A DNA stretch of 64,000 bases, from contig NIVC01000604.1 in NCBI GenBank assembly GCA_002269645.1, positions 124,001-188,000 of the forward strand. The letters are read 5' to 3'. Positions 26,384-40,380 of this stretch are shown in pieces. A model generated the notes under the pieces. The model did no database searches, was not told where the DNA came from, and was given only the letters and a program-made list of their open reading frames with translations. Origin of the DNA: Macrostomum lignano (Eukaryota). The stretch's first letter is position 1, and each line of letters starts with the position of its first letter. Position numbers and translations under genes: made by a program.

Positions 26384-26846
26384 AGCAGCAGATGACGCTA
26401 TACACAATTAGCTACAGATGGCGCCAAACACAATCAGCTACAGATGGCGCCAAACATAATTAGCTACAGATGGCGCCAAACACAAGCAGCAGCAGATGAC
26501 GCTATACACAATTAACTACAGATGGCGCCAAACACAATCAGCTACAGATGGCGCCAAACATAATTAGCTACAGATGGCGCCAAACACAAGCAGCAGCAGA
26601 TGACGCTAAACACAATTAGCTACATAGGGCGCCAAACACAATTAGCTACAGATGGCGCCAAGCACAATTAGCTACATAGGGCGCCAAGCACAATTAGCTA
26701 CAGATGGCGCCAAACACAATCAGCAGCAGATGACGCTAAACACAATTAGCTACAGATGGCGCCAAACACAATCAGCAGCAGATGACGCTAAACACAATTA
26801 GCTACATAGGGCGCCAAGCACAATTAGCTACAGAGGGCGCCAAACA
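26384..26846. repeat. 26-bp minisatellite (about 18 copies) just 3' of the Cdx stop
   Basis: Unit CACAATTAGCTACAGATGGCGCCAAA. Confidence 0.93.
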
Positions 26847-27448
26847 GGGATATTTGATAGAACAGACCGAATTCTAAGCCTGTGGAATCGCTGTCAAAGG
26901 CATTAATATGTTTAGAAAACTCACTCTATGTCTCCAAGGTCTCCATCAACCGAAATGGCCACTTTCTTCTCCTCGATTGCAGCCAAGCTCACCAATGGCG
27001 CTACAGAACTCTTCAACTACCCTGCAAGTGTCTTTGACTGCGTGACGCACCACCAAGCCAGCTACAATCGCTAAACCAATCTATCATTGAATCAGTCAGC
27101 AGTTTCAACCCTACATACATGTATAGTGAACTACTCACCTTGTTATCAAATAATCGTTATACACTTCCAAACCAAGAAGCCCTTTTGTGTCTGTTGTCCT
27201 CACGCTGTCCAGTGCGTTGGCCAGTCCAAGTCTTGTACATAGTATTCATTCAGCCCTGCGTCCAAGTTCTGCGCACCTGAGAAAGTCATTTTCGAGATAT
27301 TTCTGTGCACTCGATTTTTAACTTTCTCTCACACTTTACTGAATGCGTATGTACATGCTGACTGCTGGGCTTAGCTATGCTTTGCACTTTTAGTATTAAC
27401 ATGCGTACAGATGCGAATCTGCAAACTTTAATAGCTTAAATCACTGAC

Positions 27449-28105
<657 letters not shown>

Positions 28106-28392
28106 CACGACTTCTGCCCGCAGTTGCAGCCGCGCACGCACAGTCCTCCTGTCATATCCGAAACCCGACCTCTCTCCGTTTCTGTTTGCGTTTGTTTGTT
28201 TTGCTGAATATAAATTAGCGCTTAAAATATACATCTTGGAGATGGCGTAGACAAAATGCGCAGGTATTTCCAGCTATTGCTGCTCCAACACATACTTGTA
28301 ATTAATAATAATAATATTTTAGAAATTCAAATTCCAGTTAAGGCAGACATTGATTTCTTTTATTTGCTACGTAAAGTTGCTACGTGCCCTGA

Positions 28393-29357
28393 TCTATAGG
28401 ACTCCCTGGTCTATAGGACTCCCTAGTGTATAGGACTCCCTAGTCTATAGGACTATAGGTCTATAGGACTCCCTAGTCTATAGGACTCCCTACCCTAGTG
28501 TATAGGACTCCCTAGTCTATAGGACTCCCTACCCTAGTGTATAGGACTCCCTAGTCTATAGGACTCCCTGGTCCATAGGACTCCCCTGGTCTATAAGACT
28601 CCCTGGTCTATAGGACTCCCTGGTCCATAGGACTCCACTGGTCTATAGGACTCCCTGGTCTATAGGACTCCCTAGTCTATAGGACTCCCTAGTCTATAGG
28701 ACTCCCTAGTCTATAGGACTCCCTAGTCTATAGGACTCCCTAGTCTATAGGACTCCCTAGTCTATAGGACTCCCTGGTCTATAGGACTCCCTAGTCTATA
28801 GGACTCCCTAGTCTATAGGACTCCCTAGTCTATAGGACTCCCTAGTCTATAGGACTCCCTAGTCTATAGGACTCCCTGGTCTATAGGACTCCCTGGTCTA
28901 TAGGACTCCCTGGTCCATAGGACTCCACTGGTCTATAGGACTCCCTGGTCTATAGGACTCCCTGGTCTATAGGACTCCCTAGTCTATAGGACTCCCTAGT
29001 CTATAGGACTCCCTACCCTAGTGTATAGGACTCCCTAGTCTATAGGACTCCCTACCCTAGTGTATAGGACTCCCTAGTCTATAGGACTCCCTACCCTAGT
29101 GTATAGGACTCCCTAGTCTATAGGACTCCCTGGTCCATAGGACTCCCCTGGTCTATAAGACTCCCTGGTCTATAGGACTCCCTGGTCCATAGGACTCCAC
29201 TGGTCTATAGGACTCCCTGGTCTATAGGACTCCCTGGTCTATAGGACTCCCTAGTCTATAGGACTCCCTAGTCTATAGGACTCCCTGGTCTATAGGACTC
29301 CCTGGTCTATAGGACTCCCTGGTCTATAGGACTCCCTGGTCTATACGACACCCTGGA
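28393..29357. repeat. 17-bp minisatellite (about 55 copies)
   Basis: Unit TCTATAGGACTCCCT(A/G)G. Confidence 0.95.
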
Positions 29358-30892
29358 TTCCGGAGGCCCAAGCCAAGTCCGCACTGAACAAGTACCAAAG
29401 CTGATCATGGCAGCGGATCGCTGCTTGCTGACAGCGCGCGGGTCCCCTTCGCTCCCTAGCTTAGCAACTATAAGCGGCCCAGCAGAGAAGGGGCGGCCAG
29501 ACACGACAACAACATAAGCCACCCTATGGGCTGGTGTCTCTCCATTTTGAGTTTTTATTGCTGCCCCCCCCCAGCCCGGCAAAGAAATGACTTCATTTCA
29601 GACCGGATTTTTTAGCCAGCGCTGCATGGGTCCGATGGCTTGGCAGGCAACCCCACACACACTGGTAGGTAATTCTGCCACTCTCAGCCTGCCTAAAGAT
29701 GAAGGAAGGTGAGAGGGATATGCCGGCCTGCCTGTGCGGCGCGGGGTGTCATAAAACTTTGAAATGCCAGTCCAGCATCCCTACCCCCTGCATCAAGCTC
29801 GCCCCTGCGCCATCGAGTTATAGAGGCCCTTTCATCCGAGCCGCCTGCACCCACCCTACCTCACACAGAAAAAAGTGAGCAAAAGGCACAATAGAAATTG
29901 AAACTGTTTTTTTTCTTTGACTCCAGGCCGCACAGCTCAACATACTGTGAGCAACTGTTTAACACTATCCTTAATGCAACTGTGCTCAGATGAGTTTAGT
30001 CACCAATTACCAGGGAAAAGTTCCCATGCTCGGCCAGCGGCCAGGGGGTTTAACACTGCCGGCCACCTCGCAGTGCCCTCGCAGTGCGAAGTTAACTTTG
30101 GCTAAGGGAGTGAGAGAGTGAGAGAGTGCGGCCCAGTCTGAATGGGAATGAACCATTCTCAACCAATTTACTTCTCTTTGAAGTTTGCCGCCACTACCGC
30201 CGCCGCCCTGCCAAGCCCACGCCAGCCAGAAAGCCGGCCGCCTGAAATTTATGCTGGATTGGACTGGCCGGAGCCCCCGCCCACTCTGCCCCGCTCTGCC
30301 CGCCTCCCGCTCTGGCCGCTAAAACACAACAGCAGCTTTAGTGGGGACCGCAGCGGCCATTAAAATGATTTCTAAAGCGCCAGGCCAAGGGCCAACAACT
30401 GCACCCGAGCCTCACTGGCGCTGCACCGCAGCTTGGACCATTATTGCACATTGCATTTCGGATTTGGAAAGTCAGCCCTTGCCAGCTGGGGGACCAGAGG
30501 CGCAGCGCATGCTTGCAGTCTGGAATTCTTGCAGTTGAGCTGCTGAGCATGAGAAGTGAAAGCTGCGCAGGAAGTAAATGTTTGGTCTTTGAGCTGTGAA
30601 TTTGTTTAAGTATAGTTGCAATTATAATTTGATTTAGTTAAAACGAAATTTACTAATACGTTTCCAGGTCATTATTTGAGATTATAGGACTAGCAACGTT
30701 AGCCCCGCCTCTGAGGATGAAATTAAAATTAATCATAGTTACATTTATATTCAGATTTTCTGAGTACACGTACAGAATCTCACATTACTCCAGCTTGATC
30801 TCCAGCAGAAGCCCTTGAGTTAAGATTTCCTCCTATAGATATCAAGTTGAAGTTCCTAGTGACGAGATCTACAAGGGGTGCCGCTGAAAGAT

Positions 30893-31590
30893 ATATAGGA
30901 GTACAGGTGAGGGGAGCTGCAGCTCTATAGGATTACAGGGGAGGGAAGCGGCAGATCTATAGGATTACAGGGGAGGGAAGCGGCAGATCTATAGGATTAC
31001 AGGGGAGGGAAGCGGCAGATCTATAGGATTACAGGGGAGGGAAGCTGCAGATCTATAGGATTACAGGTGAGGGAAGCTGCAGATCTATAGGATTACAGGG
31101 GAGGGAAGCGGCAGATCTATAGGATTACAGGGGAGGGAAGCTGCAGATCTATAGGATTACGGAGGAGGGAAGCTGCAGATCTATAGGATTAAAGGGGCGG
31201 GAAGCTGCAGATCTATAGGATTAAAGGGGAGGGAAGCGGCAGATCTATAGGATTACAGGGGAGGGAAGCTGCAGATCTATAGGATTACAGGTGAGGGAAG
31301 CTGCAGATCTATAGGATTACAGGGGAGGGAAGCGGCAGATCTATAGGATTACAGGGGAGGGAAGCGGCAGATCTATAGGATTACAGGGGAGGGAAGCTGC
31401 AGATCTATAGGATTACGGAGGAGGGAAGCTGCAGATCTATAGGATTAAAGGGGCGGGAAGCTGCAGATCTATAGGATTACAGGGGAGGGAAGCGGCAGAT
31501 CTATAGGATTACAGGGGAGGGAAGCTGCAGATCTATAGGATTAAAGGGGCGGGAAGCTGCAGATCTATAGAATTACAGGGAGGGAACCTG
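30893..31590. repeat. 32-bp minisatellite (about 22 copies)
   Basis: Unit GCAGATCTATAGGATTACAGGGGAGGGAAGC(G/T). Confidence 0.95.
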
Positions 31591-32734
31591 CAGAGGGCTA
31601 ATTGCTTGCCAGAACACGGGATCATAATAAATGATCTGAGCACAGCTCTAATCGCATTCGCCATGCTCCGCCAGCCCGTACCGCGGTGAATAAAAGAACA
31701 GCAGCTTTTGTTTCTGATTCTGCTAGAAACAATTTCAATATCAGTTGCTATGCAGCTCAAAGTGGTTCAACAATTCAAGACTGAGATATAGTTTACGAGC
31801 ATTGAGTCGCGTGCTCACACCTCATAAACGAGAGGCTGCTCCAGGTACCAGGTGGCTTTAGATTCGGTCTATCTAGTAGCGATAGAGATCTGTGCTGTAT
31901 TTGCTTGAGACAATAAATCACCACGGATCAGGGCTCACGAGGGGTTGGGCAGGCAGTCACTTCTGCCTGCCAGTGTGGCAGCTTATTTATGGCACCCTGT
32001 GTGTCGATGGGAATCGTCTCATTTAGCCTTGTTTTATTCCCCATTCTCCTTGATTTTCACCCCCCCTTGGTCACCGACACGCTTGGGATATTTTTGTGGT
32101 AACAAAAAGCGCCACTTCAAACTGATTTTCGGGGAAATCAGTTGGTCCCAACAGAAATTCTCCCCTCAGCCGAGCATCTTCTGTCGTGACCGCCCGGGGG
32201 GCAATGCCAAATAATTTTACAATGAGATTTTATTTACTGCCCGTATCCATGCCGTCACATCGAAAGCCAAAGTCGAGCTATATTATAGTTCACCTGGCAA
32301 CTAACTGAACCAACAATAACCCGGACGGACAGCTAGTAGCTTTCCCGCGAAATGTAGCCGGGGGTTGCGATACAGGCTGACCGCACTACACCTTAGATAA
32401 ATGTATAAGTGAAACAACACCCACTTCAAGCCACTTGTACGCCAAGGCGCTACTCTTTACACTTCAGTGTGTAACTGGGAAATTTTTGACAGGTGAAAAC
32501 ACACTTGAGGTGTGCGCATGGAAACATATGGCACTTGCATTTATAGTGGTCTGCATGTTTACTATTGCATTTACTCCCGTTTTGATGCCAGTTGAACCCG
32601 ATTTCGGTAATATATGATTTAACCTGTCTGGCTGCAGTGTTACTGATCGAATTTCGGCCTACAGGTAGGAATAAAGGGGAGTCAGGAGCAGAGTAACTTG
32701 ACCAATGGATCGGATTGTTCATAAATGGCTAAAA

Positions 32735-33745
32735 AGTGGGTCAGGTCATATAGGATGGAGGGTCAAGTAGTGGGTCAGGTCATATAGGATGGAGGGTCAA
32801 GTAGTGGGTCAGGTCATATAGGATGGAGGGTCAAGTAGTGGGTCAGGTCATATAGGATGGAGGGTCAAGTAGTGGGTCAGGTCATATAGGATGGAGGGTC
32901 AAGTAGTGGGTCAGGTCATATAGGATGGAGGGTCAAGTAGTGGGTCAGGTCATATAGGATGGAGGGTCAAGTAGTGGGTCAGGTCATATAGGATGGAGGG
33001 TCAAGTAGTGGGTCAGGTCATATAGGATGGAGGGTCAAGTAGTGGGTCAGGTCATATAGGATGGAGGGTCAAGTAGTGGGTCAGGTCATATAGGATGGAG
33101 GGTCAAGTAGTGGGTCAGGTCATATAGGATGGAGGGTCAAGTAGTGGGTCAGGTCATATAGGATGGAGGGTCAAGTAGTGGGTCAGGTCATATAGGATGG
33201 AGGGTCAAGTAGTGGGTCAGGTCATATAGATTTAATGTCAGGTAGTGGGTCAGGTCATATAGATGAAGCGTCAAGTCAAGTAGTGGGTCACGTCATATAG
33301 ATGGAGGGTCAAGTCAAGTAGTGGGTCAGGTCATATAGATGAAGGGTCAAGTAGTGGGTCAGGTCATATAGGATGGAGGGTCAAGTAGTGGGTCAGGTCA
33401 TATAGGATGGAGGGTCAAGTAGTGGGTCAGGTCATATAGGATGGAGGGTCAAGTAGTGGGTCAGGTCATATAGGATGGAGGGTCAAGTAGTGGGTCAGGT
33501 CATATAGGATGGAGGGTCAAGTAGTGGGTCAGGTCATATAGGATGGAGGGTCAAGTAGTGGGTCAGGTCATATAGATTTAATGTCAGGTAGTGGGTCAGG
33601 TCATATTGATGAAGCGTCAAGTCAAGTAGTGGGTCACGTCATATAGATGGAGGGTCAAGTCAAGTAGTGGGTCAGGTCATATAGATGGAGGGTCAAGTAG
33701 TGGGTCAGGTCATATCGAAGGAGGGTCAAGTAGTGGGTCAGGCCC
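32735..33745. repeat. 34-bp minisatellite (about 29 copies)
   Basis: Unit GGGTCAGGTCATATAGGATGGAGGGTCAAGTAGT; the first 14 or so copies are identical; a variant block recurs near 33225 and 33570. Confidence 0.95.
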
Positions 33746-34867
33746 CTTGACGAAGGGTCCGGTCGCAAACAGGTAAATCATGGATATGAATAAATTGATG
33801 AAATTCAACTATGGGGTGGATCAGATCATATGGAGGTGGTGGAGGGGTCACAGTGAGCTCAACTGAGTTGAATCTAATGCAATCCTACAAAACCTGTCAT
33901 ATTTAAGCAGATGCTATTGCAGGTCAAGTCCCAGTAAAACCGGACTCCCACCTCAACTGCTGCTTGTCTCGACTTGACAGCCATCCGCGCAGTTGACAGG
34001 AGGGCGCGCCCCCATGGTCAAGTCAATGCTAAATGTCTCCAATGTCCATATGCAGCATAATCTTTGTCGGCTCGTCATCAAAGGCAAGAAGACCAAACCT
34101 TCCCTTTCTGCTTGGCGAAAGCAAAATCGAGAAGAGGGCAGCCTTCTTGACATCAATTTCCACCATGCCGTTTCCGGATTTCTGCTATCTTCATCAAGCC
34201 AGCCCGGCAGCTGCAGCAGGTCCTTACAGAGCCGCCATATATTTTATTTTTTTCTCTCTCTAAAAGTTTGTAGAGCAGCAGACACCCGAGCTGCAGCGTC
34301 TGTCTCCCCCGCCCCCCCTGCAGGAATTCTTAATTAACCGGCTTAAGAGTTGACCCGCAGCGGGGTGCGGGAGGGGAGCAGAAGATCAAACAAATGGCCG
34401 CTCTCTCACACTTCAGTTCACGCGTCTCTTAATAAGGCGGGGGTTGGGGGGCGCCGGCATAAATCCTCAAAGTCTGACACGTTGAGGGGAGATTTATCCC
34501 CTTTGCTGGGGTATCTCGCTGCTGTCCTGCCTGCCTGCCTGCCGGTCCTCTTTGTTGCAGAAAAAAGTCGTTTAATGCAGCGAGGGGTTCGGCACGTGCG
34601 GCAAATGAAAATCGCAGCACAGCATATCTGTTTTCTTGTTAGTTTGTTTGCTTCACCACATGACCTGAGCTTGAGTAGCGCTAGCAGCGCGTTACAAGTT
34701 GCCTTTCAACACGTGACCGCCTGTGAAAAATTTAATCTGCGTCAATTGTCACTTGTGAACGTGAAATATTTCAAGTTGAAACATAAGTGAATGCAACACA
34801 GTCTATTACTACAACTATACAAATACATCAGTGGAAACAAAGTGAATAACACACTATTCACAGAATC

Positions 34868-35330
34868 ACGTGTCCGTGACCGTGAGCACAGCTCACTATT
34901 CACAGTATCACGTGACCCTGAGAACAGCTCACTATTCACAGTATCACGTGACCGTGAGCACAGCTCACTATTCACAGTATCACGTGACCGTGAGCACAGC
35001 TCACTATTCACAGTATCACGTGACCGTGAGAACAGCTCACTATTCACAGTATCGCGTGACCGTGAGAACAGCTCACTATTCACAGTATCACGTGACCGTG
35101 AGAACAGCTCACTATTCACAGTATCACGTGACCGTGAGAACAGCTCACTATTCACAGTATCACGTGACCGTGAGAACAGCTCAATATTCACAGTATCACG
35201 TGACCGTGAGCACAGCTCACTATTCACAGTATCACGTGACCGTGAGCACAGCTCACTATTCACGTGACCGTGAGCACAGCTCACTATTCACAGTATCACG
35301 TGACCCTGAGAACAGCCCACTATTCGCAGC
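34868..35330. repeat. 36-bp minisatellite (about 13 copies)
   Basis: Unit TCACGTGACCGTGAG(A/C)ACAGCTCACTATTCACAGTA. Confidence 0.95.
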
Positions 35331-36164
35331 ATTACGTGATCATGAACATAAACAGCCAGCAATTAATAACTGGTTTTAGAAATTAAAAATGGAACTCCAA
35401 CCAGTCCATGCAGAGCCCTTAACAGTCTGGCCCCCAACCGGCTGTCTCTATCAAAGATATCCAAAAACAGGCCACGCAGTCAGACTGCAACTGCGTCTGT
35501 AGCAACGAACTACACAGAGGTATTTTTCTTTCAAGATGCGCCTCCCCACTCTCCCAATAAATAGTTTCACGCACACGCTCCATAGTAGCCATTTGTTCAC
35601 AGACTTATCGATATAACTGTGATGCGCGCAGGCGTTTGCCTGTCAATTCGCACCATTGGGTGCAGCGGCATTCCATTGACATCGCAGACGCACAGACAGG
35701 CGGACAGACAGAAATGAGCTATTACGTCACACGGCGATGTCAGCTTTCCCTATACGAGCTGAAGGCTCCAGATAACGGCAATAAAACCTACGGCACTAAA
35801 GAAAGAAATCTCCGCTTGTCTCCGGGGCGGGGAGATGAGGCCGAACTGGAAATCCGGTCGACAAACCTGACACATGCGCAGTGTGATCAAAGTCAAACTT
35901 GTGCACGTGAAGAAGACAAACTTCCGCTAAGTAACCGCCTTCCTGTCTGGCCCGCTTGATTGCATTTCTAGCAATTGCCTACTTTGTGAAACAGAACTAG
36001 CAGTTTCAAACGTTTTTTTTACTTAACACGCTCGATTCTAACCGTACTACTCATTTGGATAAGTAGATAGAGCGAACAGGAACACAAAAATAAGAGTGAA
36101 AATTTGTGATTTTTAGCATCAGGGGCGGCCAACCACTGAAGAATTCGCACAGTGGTCCTCACCC

Positions 36165-36350
36165 TTTCAGGAGCGACCCACTCTGAAGACCTGAGGGGTC
36201 AGGAGCGGCCCACTACTGAAGACCTGAGGGGTCAGGAGCGGCCCACTACTGAAGACCTGAGGGGTCAGGAGCGGCCCACTACTGAAGACCTGAGGGGTCA
36301 GGAGCGGCCCACTACTGAAGACCTGAGGGGTCAGGAGCGGCCCATTGAAG
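36165..36350. repeat. 33-bp minisatellite (about 5 copies)
   Basis: Unit CTGAAGACCTGAGGGGTCAGGAGCGGCCCACTA. Confidence 0.9.
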
Positions 36351-36726
36351 CGCCAGAGTCTCAGAGTACAATAAATCTGTACAACCCAAGAAAAATGTTT
36401 ACAGCTGTTATCATGTCTTGTTTTTACATTATTCTAATTTCATTCTGCTACTAACAGTAGTGCTGTAATTTATAAGCAAAAAATATGAAGAACATACCAG
36501 AGACACGAGTTGTTTTTTTCGTTTAAATACAAGTTTCTACGGTGAGAACAGTGCACATTATACTTCGTAACCAATAGTTTTAGCAGAAATTAGTCTAATA
36601 TTTCACAGATTAAAATTGCAAAAAACGCCATCGTTACTACTACTTGTTGCTATAGTAATCACAGGAGAGTGCAGTATGAGGATGGAGTCAGCAAAAAATT
36701 TTGAGGAAGTAAATAGGTACAATGAA

Positions 36727-36794
36727 GTCAGTCAGTCAGTCAGTCAGTCAGTCAGTCAGTCAGTCAGTCAGTCAGTCAGTCAGTCAGTCAGTCA
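36727..36794. repeat. (GTCA)n microsatellite
   Basis: Direct observation. Confidence 0.95.
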
Positions 36795-37608
36795 GGACAC
36801 AGGAGCACAAGGTCAGTATTGGATAAAAGCATCTGCATAGAGTCTGTCTGTAGCAATCGCTAGGTTGGAGGTGGTTTCGGTTATTTCGAGTTAGCCAGAA
36901 AGAGCGCGTTAGTTCGCAAAATCATAACATTAACAAAGCTTGCCATTGCAAGCAAAAAAATGGTCAGCAAAAAACGCAGACTCTGCAAAGAGTTGAAAAA
37001 GAAGGCTAGCCGAGGTTTTCAAAACAAGGAGACAAAAACAAAAGACAGACAGACAAATCATTTCTACGAATACGTACACCGATTAAAAACCGACACAAGT
37101 TAAACTAACAAAAACTGACTGATAATTGCAGTGGAAGTTACTTAAAAGACCTAGCAATGTATTTAATTATGAACTAGGGAGCTAAGTAAGACTGGGGACA
37201 TTGATTTAAACTTCATTTAAATTACACGTAAAGATGCCTTGACTAGAAGCGTAATAGACTAATTTTGTCCTATAGCTTAGATGAGACAAGATAAGAGCCT
37301 TTTCCGCCGAGCATGACCAGCAATACTAACCATAATGACTGTGTAGCCGATGTACTCGTAGGCAATGTACAGCATAATGTACAGCCAAGTCTGGTATAGA
37401 CTATAGCAGCAGATACTAATCAGATGTCACTCACAAAAAAGTTTTAAAAAGCAGAGCGTCTACTCTTTTTCAGTAGTTTTTCTGCGCATTGTCACTTCCT
37501 CGGGTTAGCGGCCTCAGGCTCAGGGGCATATGGGGTGCTAAGATGCTAAGCCTTGGGTGCTAAGACTGAACAACCAGCATTTAACTCGATGTGGACAGTG
37601 AATGCAAG

Positions 37609-38095
37609 ACGGACGAAACTCCGTCTGGGGAGGCAGGCCCAGTCTTGCTCAGCCAATGAGAGAGGAGTAAGGAAAGAGGTCAAAGTTAGGCAGACAAAAC
37701 TCCGCCTAGGGAGGGGCAGCCCAATCTAGCTCAGCCAATGAGAGAGCAGTAAGGAGAGAGGCCAAAGTTTGACAGACGAAACTCCGCCTAGGGTGGAGGG
37801 CAGCCCAATCTAGCTCAGCCAATGAGAGAGCAGTAAGGAAAGAGGCCAAAGTTTGACAGACGAAACTCCGCCTAGGGTGGAGGGCAGCCCAATCTAGCTC
37901 AGCCAATGAGAGAGCAGTAAGGAGAGAGGCCAAAGTTTGACAGACGAAACTCCGCCTAGGGTGGAGGGCAGCCCAATCTAGCTCAGCCAATGAGAGAACA
38001 GTAAGGAGAGAGGCCAAAGTTAGGCAGACGAAACTCCGCCTAGGGTGGGGGCAGCCCAATTTAGTTCAGCCAATGAGAAAGCAGTACGGAAAAAG
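37609..38095. repeat. About 84-bp tandem repeat (about 6 copies)
   Basis: Unit GACGAAACTCCGCCTAGGGTGGAGGGCAGCCCAATCTAGCTCAGCCAATGAGAGAGCAGTAAGGAGAGAGGCCAAAGTTTGACA. Confidence 0.9.
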
Positions 38096-39154
38096 TTAAA
38101 CTCAGAAACAAGCGATACTAATACTGTTTATCGATCGTCTGGCTTGGGGCTGGGGCGCCACCCCTCGTCTCTCTTGCTCGCTATGCACACGCACTTGGTT
38201 CAAACAGGATGAAGATGGTGTTATAATGAGCTTTCGCAAAAGGTCAGAGTCTATTGTTGCAGCTCCATCTAAAGCTCTAAATATCTTGTAGATTTTAATC
38301 ATTTTTATTTAACTATAATAAAGGTAAGAAACGCTAATGTTGTTACTAAAAAGAGTAGATAAGCGCATTTTTTTGCGAGTGACATTTGAGTTTAGGCTAT
38401 AGGCTAAATCTCTTCATTCTCGACTGGAAATGCTTTGCACAATAGCAGAGTGCTGAAATAGAGGCAGTCCATGGCCAGCCCCATTAACATTGCTATTAAC
38501 CTACTCAATGCTAGTAATAATCAGAATAGTGCATTATTGTATCGCTGAGCGGTGAAACTATGAAAAAGGAGGTAAATACGAAATATGAAATTCAACTAGG
38601 GCCTATGCGGTACGATAGCAACAGGCCAGGTGCATGCACGCACAAGCGTGCGCCAAGTGGAGTGTGGCTGAATTACGCAACAAACTAGTTAGTTAGCTGA
38701 AAATTCGGTAAAAAACAGTATTAGAATACATGTAGATATAAAAATTGATTGCGCAACAACAAATTCCTGTGGAAAAATTGCAGGCATTCCAAAGATGTAT
38801 AGCGATATTAGAAATAGAATTTTATATATTATATACACTAATAATAAGTGCACGCTGATTTGTTCATTATACCTACATGCTCAACTAAATAGGCAGGTGC
38901 AGTCAATACATTAATGTACATGTACCGTACTAGATTTAAAAAGAGAGAATACTGCTCCGTAATCAGCAAGAGGTGTGAGCGAAACAGAAACTAGGTATTT
39001 AACAGATTGGGGGAGTTGCAGAGTTGAGGTGAGGACTCTGCACTCTATTGCACTCGCTCAGGTGCTAAAAATAAAGGTAATATTTGTTAAACAAAACCTG
39101 TGCAAATAGGATTGCAATTGGCCGCTGCTGAGAGTCAGAATTTTCACTGACGGC

Positions 39155-39602
39155 TGGGGGATGGGGAAGATGGGAGATGGGGAAGATGGGAGATGGGGAA
39201 TATGGGAGATGGGGAAGATGGAAGATGGGGAAGATGGGAGATGGGGAAGATGGGAGATGGGGAAGATGGGAGATGGGGAAGATGGGAGTCGGGGAAGATG
39301 GGAGATGGGGAAGATGGGAGATGGGGAAGATGGGAGTCGGAGAAGATGGGAGTCGGGGAAGATGGGAGATGGAAAGGTGGGAAATGGGGAAGATGGGAGA
39401 TGGGGAAGATGGGAGATGGGGAAAATGGGAAATGGGGAAGATGGGAGTCGGGGAAGATAGGAAATGGGGAAGATGGGAGATGGGGAAGATGGGAAATGGG
39501 GAAGATGGGAGATGGGGAAAATGGGAAATGGGGAAGGGGAAATGGGGGGAAGATGGGAGATGGGGAAGATGGGAGATGGGGAAGATGGGAGATGGGGAAA
39601 AT
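39155..39602. repeat. 16-bp purine-rich minisatellite
   Basis: Unit GGGAGATGGGGAAGAT. Confidence 0.93.
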
Positions 39603-40380
39603 GGTGGATTTCATAGGGATTAAATTTTCTAATTCCCAGCAGCAAATAATTAAATTAAAAGAGAAAAAATAAACACACATATATATGGTATAAGAATTTC
39701 AATCTGGTTACATCTGACAATCAAAGGTAAATAAAAAATAAAAATAGCAGAAAAAACGGATCAAGTTAAAAGAACACAGCAGAAGCGATAGATTATAATC
39801 GTGGTCAGGATATAAAAGAGACTCGTCTTCACAATAAGAGCTGCAGAACTATTGCGGTAAAATGACTCCCTGACTAGTGAAGGATTAACAGTACTAAATA
39901 AGCAACAATTCAAATCAATTAGCGATATGCGCGATATGGAGATCAGTTCTGAAATTCAATAAATAGGAATTATTATTATTTGTATCCTACTTGTTTTGTG
40001 GCCGGGTGTAAAACTCAAGCCAAAAACGGTAAATTACGTAATTTAGACTCCAAGTCTTTACCTCGCATGAAGCAAAAAAAGCTCTGTTTCCATGGTAACA
40101 CATGCAGTTGCTATGCTGTTAAATAGCTGACATTATCGTCAAGACACATGTTCAACTACTTAAAGACGCAGGCTCTGCTAAAACCTATTGATTCATTGTC
40201 CGTAGCCATGGGAACGCATGTCGCTATGCGTTTGCTATGCTGTTTAGATATAATTTAGTTTATTATAGTCATTAATTCATAACTCGAATTCCTAATAAAA
40301 GTTGCTATGGTGTAACCATGGAAACACACACACACCCGTTGCTATGCGGTTGCTATGGCCATGTGATACAGGCGGGGAAG

